From positions 64,001 through 128,000 of the IMG/VR virus record IMGVR_UViG_3300032401_000001: a DNA stretch of 64,000 bases; one strand, written 5' to 3'. The position numbers and the translations under genes are program-made. This stretch comes from a virus. How positions within the stretch are numbered: the stretch's first letter is position 1; each line of letters opens with the position of its first letter. Below, piece after piece: positions 9,395-18,310 of this stretch. The notes under the pieces are model-generated. The model searched no databases. It was not told where the DNA came from and saw only the letters and a program-made list of their open reading frames with translations.

Positions 9395-9760
9395 GACGAC
9401 GGCGTAGTCCATGCTCACCGCGGAGGAGGAAGGGGCGGTGGGCATGGGCTACGGGCGTCGCGGCTCTGCTTTACCCCGTAAAGAACTCGCTCGAGCGTGC
9501 CCACAGCGTGCGCACGCAGGCGACGTCACGTCGCTATGGCGGGCTCACGCTCGCAGATGAGGAATCGACGGTGCTTGAGCTTGCCCCCGTGGGACAAGCT
9601 CACCCGATGAGGCTGCCACCTCATTCTGAGGTGGCTGCCTCATCTGGGCCGCACCTCGTCGGCTCACTGGCGACCTCCGGCCAACCTCGAGATGTGGGCT
9701 GCCTCATCTCGAGGTCAGGCCGGAGGCGCCTGCTCGTAACGAACTCAGGAGCGAGAAGAG
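9395..9760. ncRNA. candidate structured non-coding element
   Basis: Consecutive long hairpins: 9403-9421/9435-9453, 9606-9622/9628-9644, 9685-9694/9705-9714; no convincing ORF. Confidence 0.5.
9469..9483. promoter_or_regulatory. palindromic operator-like site CTTTAC-N3-GTAAAG
   Basis: One of 6 intergenic copies in the window. Confidence 0.7.
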
Positions 9761-9799
9761 AATCACGCAGATCAACGAAGCACCACGAAAGGACTCCGC

Positions 9800-10474
9800 A
9801 TGAACCCCGTGATCCGCATCACCTTTCAGAGCCTCACCGACTTCATCGAGGAGCTGCAGAAGCTTGGTCTCAAGCGCGTCTTCCGGTACGACAACGCGTC
9901 GTACGCCGGCGGGGCGTACACCGCGCTCGAGCCGACCAGCATGACCTACCTGGTCGCCGACGTGCACTACCCCGAGGGCGTCGAACTCCAGCGTGCCCTC
10001 AACCCGCAGTACGAGATCTGCGGGGATCACTACGGTCGCCACGGCGGCAACTGGTCCAGCAACGGTGACTGGTGCACCGCCAGCACCGGCGGCAAGAAGG
10101 AGTTCGTCGACTGGCTCAAGCGCCTGAAGGTCGATCAGGGCGCCATCAAGGGGCTGCGCAGCACCAAGATCTCCGACCTGACCACGTTGATCGACGATTC
10201 GAATGTCGACGATGACACCGACTTCTCGATCACGCTGCAGGAGAAGCGCGGCCGCGGCGAGACCGACCTCACGGTGAACCTGTGCGGCGGTCTCATCACC
10301 AAGCTACTCATGCGCATCCAGAAGGAGCGGCACGGCACTTCACTGACCTACCAGCTCATCATCGAGAACTGGCCGGCGCTGCTGCAGGCGATGCGCGAGA
10401 AGAACGAAGCCGCGTTCGTGACGGCGGGCGTCGAGATCCTCGTCGGCAAGATCGAGGTGCTCTGCAAGGAGTGA
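9800..10474 (+). CDS. hypothetical protein (224 aa)
   Basis: RBS aagga, very strong GC3 bias. Confidence 0.85.
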   Translation: MNPVIRITFQSLTDFIEELQKLGLKRVFRYDNASYAGGAYTALEPTSMTYLVADVHYPEGVELQRALNPQYEICGDHYGRHGGNWSSNGDWCTASTGGKKEFVDWLKRLKVDQGAIKGLRSTKISDLTTLIDDSNVDDDTDFSITLQEKRGRGETDLTVNLCGGLITKLLMRIQKERHGTSLTYQLIIENWPALLQAMREKNEAAFVTAGVEILVGKIEVLCKE

Positions 10475-10764
10475 TGATGGCGTGTGAGACCTGCCCCGTT
10501 GCGCTCATCTGCTTCGGGGCGGGTACTTTTCACGCCTACGAGTGCGCCTGTGGCCGCCTGAGCTTCATAGAGTATTTTCCGGCGTATGAGAAGTACGAAG
10601 CGGAAGAGGACTTCGATCTGCGCCCGCTGATTCACGTCGTCTGGTGTCCGACGCCCCAGCAATGCGGACGTCGGCGCCACACGGCGGGCTGTCCTCACTG
10701 CAAACCCGAGGAGTGGCGCAACTCGAACAACCGCCGTGTGAAGTTCACGGACCACACGAAATGA
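10474..10764 (+). CDS. 8-Cys paralogue family member 7
   Basis: MMACETCPVALICFG...CAC...C...CPHC. Confidence 0.8.
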   Translation: MMACETCPVALICFGAGTFHAYECACGRLSFIEYFPAYEKYEAEEDFDLRPLIHVVWCPTPQQCGRRRHTAGCPHCKPEEWRNSNNRRVKFTDHTK

Positions 10765-11198
10765 CCTGTGACCGCTGCCCGCTCTCGTTGATCTGCTTCG
10801 CCGGAGAGCTCGACAATCGGATCTACGCTTGCCACAAGTGCCAGACCGGCGTCATGCTGCCAGACTTCTGGCGCTGGTACTTCTGGCGCTGTCCGGAGCA
10901 GCATCGACCGGACGGGATCGCCGGACTCTGTGTCGAATGCGACCCACTGCATTGGGACGACCGACCCGGCCGCTTGGCAGTCGTCCGTAACCGGGACTGT
11001 ACCGACAGCCGGCGACACAAGAAGTGGCGCAGTCGGTTGGCGCGCCAGGCGACCCATCAGCGCCGCGAGCGAGAAGCAGATAAAGTCGAAAAGCAGCGCT
11101 TGAAAGAACTGGCGTGGGGAACCCAAGCACAACGTTCAGCACCACGTCGTGTAGCCAAGAAGCAAGATCGTCCGGGACGGAGGTACAAGCACCTATGA
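10761..11198 (+). CDS. 8-Cys paralogue family member 8
   Basis: MTCDRCPLSLICFAG...CHKC...C...CVEC, basic tail. Confidence 0.8.
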   Translation: MTCDRCPLSLICFAGELDNRIYACHKCQTGVMLPDFWRWYFWRCPEQHRPDGIAGLCVECDPLHWDDRPGRLAVVRNRDCTDSRRHKKWRSRLARQATHQRREREADKVEKQRLKELAWGTQAQRSAPRRVAKKQDRPGRRYKHL

Positions 11199-11491
11199 CC
11201 TGCGACCACTGTGAACTGTCGCTGATGTGCCTCAGTGGCAACGTCGACGAGTCGGTGCGATTGAAATTGTGCCTCATCTGTGGCCGCGTCTGGCTTCCGG
11301 GGATGAACGTCTTCCGTTGTGCGGCACCGATGCAGCTGTCTACAGCCCTTGCACATCGCCTGACGCAGCTCTTCAGTCCGCGCGGCTGTGACATCTGTGG
11401 GCCGCATGCGCAGCAGCACCTACGCAGCGGCGTACCCATCATCAAGACAGTGTACTTCGACCTGGATGACCACGATCTGCACAGCGCCTAG
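11195..11491 (+). CDS. 8-Cys paralogue family member 9
   Basis: MTCDHCELSLMCLSG...CLIC...C...CDIC. Confidence 0.8.
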   Translation: MTCDHCELSLMCLSGNVDESVRLKLCLICGRVWLPGMNVFRCAAPMQLSTALAHRLTQLFSPRGCDICGPHAQQHLRSGVPIIKTVYFDLDDHDLHSA

Positions 11492-11501
11492 GAGGCCTCC
11501 C

Positions 11502-11735
11502 ATGCCGCTGCAGCACCTGCAGGATTCCCCGTTCCCCATGACGCTCAAGGCACGCGTCGGGGGCCATGAAGAAGTATCGATCGACGAGAAGTGCACCTGT
11601 GGCCACCTGCGTTCGGAGCACTACGATACCCTGGCCTACGGCCACGGCTCGTGCGCCATGGCCATCGCCGCAGACGCCACCACGATGTGCGACTGCCCCC
11701 AGTTCACCTGGACCGGGCACGTCTTCGCGTCGTAG
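11502..11735 (+). CDS. small Cys/His protein
   Basis: RBS ggagg; CTCGH..EH...C...CDC. Confidence 0.7.
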   Translation: MPLQHLQDSPFPMTLKARVGGHEEVSIDEKCTCGHLRSEHYDTLAYGHGSCAMAIAADATTMCDCPQFTWTGHVFAS

Positions 11736-11746
11736 AGGAGCACACG

Positions 11747-11986
11747 ATGGCCCATCAGAAGTTCGACCCCGGCACGTTCCGTGCGGAGATGGAGGATCTC
11801 ATAGTCGTTGCTCGACGCGGGGTCCGGGCACGGACCCGTGAAGTCGCACTGAAGACGTTCTTCCAGCTCCTCCGGGAGCTGCAGATCAGCGCCGAGTACC
11901 TGGGCGGAGCGTCGGCCTGTGCGGCCATGGGCGCAGTGCGGGAGCCCCTGGCCGTCATGATGACCAAGGACGGCGTGGAGCCATGA
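11747..11986 (+). CDS. hypothetical protein
   Basis: RBS gaggag. Confidence 0.7.
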   Translation: MAHQKFDPGTFRAEMEDLIVVARRGVRARTREVALKTFFQLLRELQISAEYLGGASACAAMGAVREPLAVMMTKDGVEP

Positions 11987-12303
11987 TCGTCGACGCACGG
12001 ACTCGCGAGCTCTTCCAGCGCATCGGTGAAGCCCGCATCCGCCAGCTGCCTATCCTGCTCAGCCCCGATGATCTCGAGACCCTCATCAACGTCGTGCAGC
12101 AGCAGATGGCGGATTTCAACCAAGCCAAGGATCTCGCTGAGGCGTCGAATCAGATCATCGAAAGCTACAAGCAGCTGCTCGAGGAGAGCAAAGCTCGCGA
12201 AGCTACGCTGCGCACCATCGCTGAAGAGACCGTCGAGATCGCCAAGCGGCTCGGCAACACCCCTACATTCGAGATGCTGTACAAGCCGGTGGGCAAGGCG
12301 TGA
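11983..12303 (+). CDS. coiled-coil hypothetical protein
   Basis: ATGA overlap; heptad pattern. Confidence 0.75.
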   Translation: MIVDARTRELFQRIGEARIRQLPILLSPDDLETLINVVQQQMADFNQAKDLAEASNQIIESYKQLLEESKAREATLRTIAEETVEIAKRLGNTPTFEMLYKPVGKA

Positions 12304-12596
12304 CCTGCGCGGAGTGTCCCTACTCGCTGCGTTGCCTCATGGACGATCTGCAGCGACAACAGTGTCGCTACTGCAGTCGAGTGGTAGTGATGATCGAACC
12401 GCCTCAGATGTTCGACGTGATGCGTGGTGAGTACGTTGACCAAGAAGAGTGGCCGGGGCACTTCGCGCTGATCCGCTGTCCTTCACCTGCGTACGAACAC
12501 GCTGGGGTCGTCACCATGGGCTGCGCCGTGTGCTGCCCCACCGACCCATTGTGGACGGACGTCGGCATCACCATCGAGGACCTCAGTGACCTGTGA
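12300..12596 (+). CDS. 8-Cys paralogue family member 10
   Basis: VTCAECPYSLRCL...CRYC...C...CAVC; ends IEDLSDL. Confidence 0.8.
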   Translation: MTCAECPYSLRCLMDDLQRQQCRYCSRVVVMIEPPQMFDVMRGEYVDQEEWPGHFALIRCPSPAYEHAGVVTMGCAVCCPTDPLWTDVGITIEDLSDL

Positions 12597-12936
12597 CCGT
12601 TGCCCCTACTCGTTGCTCTGCCTCCGCGGCCAGCCGCGCCGGCGCTGCAAAGGGCGCTGCGGCCGCACCATGCTGATCCTCAGCATCTCCACGTTCCACT
12701 TCAACGAATGGCGGGTGCGCGACCTGAGCGGCGAGACGCTCACGGCCATTGGCCAGATGGTGCCCGAGACGATCCAGGGACACGCAGTGTTGCTTCGCTG
12801 CCCCCACGAACGGCGGGCGCCGGTAGCCGAGTACCGCTGGTGTCCTCACTGCATCGTTTCGTTGGGGAACCGCATCAACGAAGACGACCGACACGTCTGG
12901 GACGATACCGACGTCGAGGATCTCGGTGATCTGTAG
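12586..12936 (+). CDS. 8-Cys paralogue family member 11
   Basis: VTCDRCPYSLLCLRG...CKGRC...C...CPHC; ends VEDLGDL. Confidence 0.8.
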   Translation: MTCDRCPYSLLCLRGQPRRRCKGRCGRTMLILSISTFHFNEWRVRDLSGETLTAIGQMVPETIQGHAVLLRCPHERRAPVAEYRWCPHCIVSLGNRINEDDRHVWDDTDVEDLGDL

Positions 12937-13273
12937 CGAGTGCCCGTTCTCGCTGGTCTGCCTCAGCGGCGCGCAATACCAGCAGTACTGTGTGGCCTGT
13001 CGTTGCCTCATCGTGCAGATCCCGCGCGAGCACGGACGTATCGAACTGGCGACGCTGATGTGTGAACCATTGCTCGACGGTACTCGTCCCTTCAACGTGC
13101 GCGAGCACTCACAGATGCGCTTTTCCCCAGCCAGCTTCTGTTGTCGCTGCTATCCGCAGAACTACAACTTCGATCCCTCGCCCGCCTGTCGTCGCGAAGT
13201 CGTCCACTACGTCGCGACGCAGGCGTTCACGCACAAGCAGTGGCGGTACTTCCGCCGAGGGAAGAAGGCATGA
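12926..13273 (+). CDS. 8-Cys paralogue family member 12
   Basis: VICSECPFSLVCLSG...CVAC...C...CCRC. Confidence 0.8.
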   Translation: MICSECPFSLVCLSGAQYQQYCVACRCLIVQIPREHGRIELATLMCEPLLDGTRPFNVREHSQMRFSPASFCCRCYPQNYNFDPSPACRREVVHYVATQAFTHKQWRYFRRGKKA

Positions 13274-13656
13274 AGTGCGCTACGTGTCCGCTGTCGCTAC
13301 TGTGCCTGAGCGACCACCTCACCGAGTACTCCGAAGCGTGGATCGGCATGGTGGGGTCCGTGTGCACGCGCTGCGGGCGTTTCTCGACGCGTCCTGACGA
13401 GTCCAGCGGCATCTACATCTTCCACTGCGAACGCCGCTCGCCGGCGGTGATCACCGACGCCTACATCATCGGAGCCACGATTCGCGTGGGCGTGCCTTCA
13501 GTCGCGTCTGACCCCCAGGCCAAAGACGTCAAGCTGCCCGACTGGTTTCGTGATCCGGTGACTGGGCGGCGTTTGATGCGCACCATGCCAACGGGTTGTC
13601 TCCACTGTCGCGGTGAAACCCAACATGGCCCGACGCGGATCGAGGTGCTCGATTGA
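13270..13656 (+). CDS. 8-Cys paralogue family member 13
   Basis: MKCATCPLSLLCLS...CTRC...C...CLHC; ends IEVLD. Confidence 0.8.
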   Translation: MKCATCPLSLLCLSDHLTEYSEAWIGMVGSVCTRCGRFSTRPDESSGIYIFHCERRSPAVITDAYIIGATIRVGVPSVASDPQAKDVKLPDWFRDPVTGRRLMRTMPTGCLHCRGETQHGPTRIEVLD

Positions 13657-13904
13657 CCTGTGGCGAGTGTCCCCTGTCGCTGTTGTGCTTCAGCGAACTG
13701 GTCACCGAGAACGACGTAGCTATCTGCGACGACTGCAAACGGGTCATCATGTACGACGCCCGTGACAGCACCAACGCAATCTTCGCGTGTGCTAACCCCG
13801 CGCAGCTGGAATGCGCCATCGCCGCCGGCCGGGTGCACCGCCGTAGCGATTGTGAGTACGTCGCGTGCCACGACTGCTTGCGAAAGGCCATGAACCATGG
13901 CTGA
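13653..13904 (+). CDS. 8-Cys paralogue family member 14
   Basis: TTG start; TCGECPLSLLCFS...CDDC...C...CHDC. Confidence 0.8.
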   Translation: MTCGECPLSLLCFSELVTENDVAICDDCKRVIMYDARDSTNAIFACANPAQLECAIAAGRVHRRSDCEYVACHDCLRKAMNHG

Positions 13905-14208
13905 GTTCGAAATCACCTGTGCGCGTTGCAACGCGAAGATCGAGCACGTCTGCCACGAAGAGCTGCGGCAGTGGTTGGTGCGCATGCTGCGCATCCAGAT
14001 CGCGGCGCCCCGCGGCTTCAAGTCCTCACCGTTCTACTCGAAGGGGGACGAGAAAGCCCCGTTCTACACCGAAGCCTTCTTGTACTCCCTCCTGGGGAAA
14101 GAAGATGGCCGCACCATCTGCTACTCCTTCGAGCGGCTCATCCAGCTGTGCGGGTACGACCCAGTGCAGCTAATGCACGAAGCCGAAGCGGCGACCAACA
14201 AGAAGTGA
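13897..14208 (+). CDS. hypothetical protein with N-terminal CxxC
   Basis: Operon gene, coding bias. Confidence 0.75.
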   Translation: MAEFEITCARCNAKIEHVCHEELRQWLVRMLRIQIAAPRGFKSSPFYSKGDEKAPFYTEAFLYSLLGKEDGRTICYSFERLIQLCGYDPVQLMHEAEAATNKK

Positions 14209-14549
14209 CCTGCGATCGTTGCCCCATCTCGCTGCTGTGCTTCGGCGGGTCGATTCCGCCCGACATCATCTACCGCTGCGCTGCTTGCCGCGGCATCAAC
14301 TTCGAGCTGGGAAGCAATCGGCGCAGCTACTTCCGGTGCGATCGACTGCAGCTGCGCGAAGCGTACAAGCACACGCGGCAGCGTCGGCAGAGCTGCCTGC
14401 ATTGCAGCATGTCGATGGTCGTCTTCTATGACCACGAACACGGCAAACGCGTGCTCTACGAACGCCGCAAGCCTGGCGCCCGGTTGAAGCTGCACGCGTT
14501 CGAGACCGGAGCCCACTTGCCCCGGATACCGCCCTCCCCGGAGCCGTGA
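14205..14549 (+). CDS. 8-Cys paralogue family member 15
   Basis: VTCDRCPISLLCFGG...CAAC...C...CLHC. Confidence 0.8.
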   Translation: MTCDRCPISLLCFGGSIPPDIIYRCAACRGINFELGSNRRSYFRCDRLQLREAYKHTRQRRQSCLHCSMSMVVFYDHEHGKRVLYERRKPGARLKLHAFETGAHLPRIPPSPEP

Positions 14550-14836
14550 TGAAGTGCGAACAGTGCCCCATCTCACTGCTCTGTCTCGGGGGTCCGATCT
14601 CCCGCCACGCTGCGACCTACTGTAACGTCTGCAAGTGCGTCGTGGTGCGCCGCTTCAACTACGCCCACAGACATAACGAACCCCTGAGCATCGTCGACCG
14701 ACGCTTCCCTTGTCGCGAGGAGGCGGCGCAGTTGCACCTGACGCACGTCCCGTGTCACATCTGTCGAGGACAACGTCGCCATCAACGACACCAGGCGCAG
14801 CGCCAGCGACGGTTGCAGCCCAAGAAACATCGATAA
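14546..14836 (+). CDS. 8-Cys paralogue family member 16
   Basis: MKCEQCPISLLCLGG...CNVC...C...CHIC. Confidence 0.8.
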   Translation: MMKCEQCPISLLCLGGPISRHAATYCNVCKCVVVRRFNYAHRHNEPLSIVDRRFPCREEAAQLHLTHVPCHICRGQRRHQRHQAQRQRRLQPKKHR

Positions 14837-14856
14837 GCGACGCGCGACGAGCGTAA

Positions 14857-14889
14857 TCGAAGTCCCCTCTCTTTCACGGTACAAGAAAG
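14857..14889 (+). promoter_or_regulatory. phage promoter motif (TCGAAG-17 nt-TACAAG)
   Basis: ctttcaCGGTACAAGAAAG upstream of the 14939 operon. Confidence 0.55.
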
Positions 14890-14938
14890 TGGACGCAGCA
14901 CTCGACGACCGAGCGATGTCTCGGCCAAGGAGACAAGC

Positions 14939-15457
14939 ATGCCCGATCTTTGTCAGAAAGCTCAGCTGAGCCAGCAGATCGTACTGCGCATGATCGCACT
15001 CGAGAAAGAAGTGATCGAGTGGACGAAAGTGATCGAAACGCGCCACAAGGAAGTCGAGCTCAAAGCGACGGCTTTCGAGCTTGAACGCGTGCAGCTCGTC
15101 CAGGAGCTGAACGCGCTGCACGGCAGCAAGACCAAGACCCGGAAGACCAGCGCGAAGCCGATCACCATCCGCACGGCGACCCGCGGCGGCAAGCACTGGA
15201 CGCCCGAAGAGAAGCAGAACCTCGAGAACCACATCGAGCAGCTCATCAACGGTTCGCCTGGGTTCGTGGCGGGCACCGTCGCGCGTCTGCTTCACATTGA
15301 CCCCGCAACCTGTCGTACCGTGATGCAGAGCATGGCGGAGAGAGGCCTGCTGCGCCGAGTCAAGATCGCGGTCACCTTCGGCCACGGCATGACGCGCAAG
15401 ATGCCGGGCTACGCCCGGTCGCTGCGGGTGGTAGCGAACGTGGAGAAAGCCGCGTGA
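14939..15457 (+). CDS. coiled-coil plus C-terminal winged-helix-like protein
   Basis: N-terminal heptads; VARLLHIDPATCRTVMQSMAERGLLRRV. Confidence 0.65.
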   Translation: MPDLCQKAQLSQQIVLRMIALEKEVIEWTKVIETRHKEVELKATAFELERVQLVQELNALHGSKTKTRKTSAKPITIRTATRGGKHWTPEEKQNLENHIEQLINGSPGFVAGTVARLLHIDPATCRTVMQSMAERGLLRRVKIAVTFGHGMTRKMPGYARSLRVVANVEKAA

Positions 15458-16257
15458 GCGCGGGTGGTGGCCAGTCGATTGCCTTCGACGGGGCCATCGA
15501 CTTCTTCAATGGTTGCCGTCCAAAGCGCATCGGCTGCGCCGGTTGTCCAGCGTGTCGACTACTGACGCAACACGGCATACCATTGGGCGTCGTCTACCGC
15601 AATACGGTGTGGGAGTGGCAGAAGATCCACAACCGGGACCGCGTCAAGCCCCACGGCCTCTACCTCCTGTGCTCGACCAGCGACTTCTTCATCGAAGACG
15701 GGGAACTGTGGTGGTCGGAGATCGTCGAGCTGCTCGGGTCGCGCCTCGACGTGACGTTCGTAGCGCTGACCAAGCGCCTCGAAGTTGCTCAGCGCTTCGT
15801 TACCCGGTTCGGTGCCTTGCCGAACCTGTGGCTTGGAGCGTCAGCGGAGAACCAAGAGATTCTCGAAGAACAAGTCGCGCAGTTGTACACCCTTCCCGCC
15901 GCGGGATACGTCCTCTCGCTACAGCCACTGCTGGCGCCGCTGGACCTCGCCACGAGTCTCGACAATCCGCGTCTGAATTACGTCATCACGGGCTGCGAAT
16001 TCGGTGACCACGCTCGTCCCTGCGAGAAAGCGTGGATCGATAGCATCGAATTCCAGTGCCAGCGCCAGCAAATCGACTACTTCGTTACTCGCTGGCGAGA
16101 TGAACAAGGCCACATTCAGACGAATCACTGCCGCAACAACCGGGGTGGCAACCACTGGGAATACCCTGGATTCAACTCCAACGCGAAGAACGAGCCGACC
16201 GTCGGCAGCATGGTGGCTGCAGTACAGTCGCGCCGGAGCGCAAGGCAACGTGGATGA
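15454..16257 (+). CDS. DUF5131 / phage Gp37-Gp68 family protein (radical-SAM-like)
   Basis: GCx5GCxxC, STSDFF, LTKR, PNLWLGASAENQ, SLQPLL, VITGCEFG..ARP match the family motifs. Confidence 0.85.
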   Translation: MSAGGGQSIAFDGAIDFFNGCRPKRIGCAGCPACRLLTQHGIPLGVVYRNTVWEWQKIHNRDRVKPHGLYLLCSTSDFFIEDGELWWSEIVELLGSRLDVTFVALTKRLEVAQRFVTRFGALPNLWLGASAENQEILEEQVAQLYTLPAAGYVLSLQPLLAPLDLATSLDNPRLNYVITGCEFGDHARPCEKAWIDSIEFQCQRQQIDYFVTRWRDEQGHIQTNHCRNNRGGNHWEYPGFNSNAKNEPTVGSMVAAVQSRRSARQRG

Positions 16258-16463
16258 CAACTGCAGAAAGACGTGATCGGTTGACGCAGGCGCAGCAGCT
16301 AATCACTGAAGTGCGAGAGGACCTCGATACTCAGGGCTCGGCGTGCACGACGTGTGGGTTGAAGCGTTACGCCAACTGGTCCGAGTACCTGCTGCACACG
16401 CAGCTGGCCGGGATGAGCACTCGTCTGCAGAGCTTGATCACGAAGTTCCTGCCCCCCGCATAA
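16254..16463 (+). CDS. small hypothetical protein
   Basis: ATGA overlap, CTTC. Confidence 0.65.
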   Translation: MTTAERRDRLTQAQQLITEVREDLDTQGSACTTCGLKRYANWSEYLLHTQLAGMSTRLQSLITKFLPPA

Positions 16464-16467
16464 CCAG

Positions 16468-16506
16468 CGTCGGGCGCCTACTACGGGCGCCCGACGTTTC
16501 CCTTTA
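16468..16506 (+). terminator. intrinsic terminator-like hairpin
   Basis: 11-bp stem cgtcgggcgcc/ggcgcccgacg followed by tttccctt. Confidence 0.65.
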
Positions 16507-16520
16507 GCGAAAGTGAAGCG

Positions 16521-16796
16521 ATGACCAAAATCAAGAAGGCCAAGCTGACGCCGCCTGACCCCAAGCGCTGCCAGGCCGAATGGCGCGGCGGGTCTTTCAT
16601 GACTCTCGGACCTCGACAGATGGAGCGCTGCGAAGACCCACCGGTCGTCATCGTCAAGGAGCTGAAATCCAGCGAGAAAGATGGGCAGTGCGGCGCGATG
16701 AGCCTGTGCCCCGCCTGCCTCACCAAGTTCCTGGCGATGGCCCAGAAGGAAGGCCGCGGCGCGAACTACGAGTTCACGGCCGTCCCCGCGTCGTGA
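16521..16796 (+). CDS. hypothetical Cys-containing protein
   Basis: RCQA...RC...CPAC; coding bias. Confidence 0.75.
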   Translation: MTKIKKAKLTPPDPKRCQAEWRGGSFMTLGPRQMERCEDPPVVIVKELKSSEKDGQCGAMSLCPACLTKFLAMAQKEGRGANYEFTAVPAS

Positions 16797-17065
16797 CCTG
16801 CGACCGCTGCCCCGTCGCGCTGCTCTGCTTGGGCGACCAGCTGCCTACCTCACGGGGGAAGTGCCGCGTCTGCGGTTGCACGGTGGTGGTGCTGGAGAAC
16901 AATCACGAGACTGGTCGTGGTCGCGTCACGCTGCTGCGTTGCCCACCGGAACGCGATGCTGAGCTGGGACAACCGTGGGAAAGCTGCCACCGTTGCATGG
17001 ACGTACGGCAGAGGTGGCTGCTCCACGTCGATCGAACCGACATCGAGGATCTCCGTGACCTGTGA
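16793..17065 (+). CDS. 8-Cys paralogue family member 17
   Basis: VTCDRCPVALLCLG...CRVC...C...CHRC; ends IEDLRDL. Confidence 0.8.
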   Translation: MTCDRCPVALLCLGDQLPTSRGKCRVCGCTVVVLENNHETGRGRVTLLRCPPERDAELGQPWESCHRCMDVRQRWLLHVDRTDIEDLRDL

Positions 17066-17315
17066 CCACTGTCCGGTGAGCCTGTGCTGCCTCGGTGACC
17101 GGCTGCACCTCTACAGCATCTGCCCTCGCTGTGAACGCGTAGTCATTCAACTCCACGAGCAGGTGCGCGCTCAGCCACCCTACGGTGACTACCTGGTGCT
17201 GCGCTGCGAAACTCTACGGCAGCACGGCAGTGTCAATCAACTGGGGGCCGGTTGTCCCCTGTGTCAGCCCGGCACCTTCGGCTGGGAGAAGAACCATATC
17301 GAAGTGCTGGAGTAA
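17055..17315 (+). CDS. 8-Cys paralogue family member 18
   Basis: VTCDHCPVSLCCLG...CPRC...C...CPLC; ends IEVLE. Confidence 0.8.
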   Translation: MTCDHCPVSLCCLGDRLHLYSICPRCERVVIQLHEQVRAQPPYGDYLVLRCETLRQHGSVNQLGAGCPLCQPGTFGWEKNHIEVLE

Positions 17316-17321
17316 CCGCGG

Positions 17322-17681
17322 ATGACCTGCGACCAGTGCCCGATTTCACTGCTCTGTCTCGGGAACCAGCTCGCGCTGCACGGTCAGACGGGCATGGTGT
17401 GCTTCCACTGCTGGCGCTTCTTCACCGCCTTCGGTGAATGTACCTACGCCCTGCATTGTGAACCCCGCACACAACGTCGTCACCAGCATCGGCACTACCA
17501 CTTCGCCGAAGACCCGCAGGATCACCACGCTCAGCTTCAATACAGCAGTTGTCACCTGTGTGGCCCAGCGCCAGGACGACCGATCTACGACATCTGGGGG
17601 TACGACGACCACGGCGTCGCCACACTGCTCTACCAGGTGCCACGACCCGGTGACTGGGGCTACCACTCGAGGTTCCTATGA
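17322..17681 (+). CDS. 8-Cys paralogue family member 19
   Basis: MTCDQCPISLLCLG...CFHC...C...CHLC. Confidence 0.8.
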   Translation: MTCDQCPISLLCLGNQLALHGQTGMVCFHCWRFFTAFGECTYALHCEPRTQRRHQHRHYHFAEDPQDHHAQLQYSSCHLCGPAPGRPIYDIWGYDDHGVATLLYQVPRPGDWGYHSRFL

Positions 17682-17992
17682 GCACTGCTGCGAAGACCAA
17701 GAAGCCACCCAAATTCTCCCCGCGGCTGAAGCAGGGCACCGTCGGTGCCATCGTGCGCTATTGCGGCCACGAAGGGACGTTCGTCGCGGACATTCTGTTG
17801 GTCGCCGGCGCTGCGGTGGTCCGCGCGCCCGGCCCGGTCAACGGCGAGAACTTGAATCGCGACCCGGTCTCCTACCGCTGGGCCACGCATTGGCTGCTCG
17901 ACTTCCCTTGCGCCGGCTACTGGCGTCCGGATCAGGGAACGTTCGTGGTGCCCCTCAAGCAGGTGCGGGTTCTCCCACCGGAGCCGTGCTGA
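17678..17992 (+). CDS. hypothetical protein
   Basis: ATGA overlap. Confidence 0.7.
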   Translation: MSTAAKTKKPPKFSPRLKQGTVGAIVRYCGHEGTFVADILLVAGAAVVRAPGPVNGENLNRDPVSYRWATHWLLDFPCAGYWRPDQGTFVVPLKQVRVLPPEPC

Positions 17993-18306
17993 TGACGTAC
18001 TACCTCTACGCCCAACAGAAGGGCGAAGGCTGCGACTACACCATCGGCTGTGCCCAGGCCATCTACCGGCTCAAGGCTACGTGCCTGGAAGAGCTCGAGG
18101 CGGACGTCAAGCAGGTGTTCGACGAGTACGGCCTCGCCGGCGAGAAAGAGCTCGCCGAGCTGAAGGTCTTCGAGCTCATCGAGACGCCGGTCATGGGCTG
18201 GTATCGCGACTTTCTCGGTGAACGCGCCATCACCGCCGAACAACGGCGGAAAGACGCGCAGCGGGCGGAGCTGGCCCGGCTCAAAGCGGAGTTGGGCGAG
18301 GACTGA
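17992..18306 (+). CDS. hypothetical protein
   Basis: TGATG overlap; MTYYLYAQQKGEGCDYTIGC. Confidence 0.8.
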   Translation: MTYYLYAQQKGEGCDYTIGCAQAIYRLKATCLEELEADVKQVFDEYGLAGEKELAELKVFELIETPVMGWYRDFLGERAITAEQRRKDAQRAELARLKAELGED

Positions 18307-18310
18307 GGCT

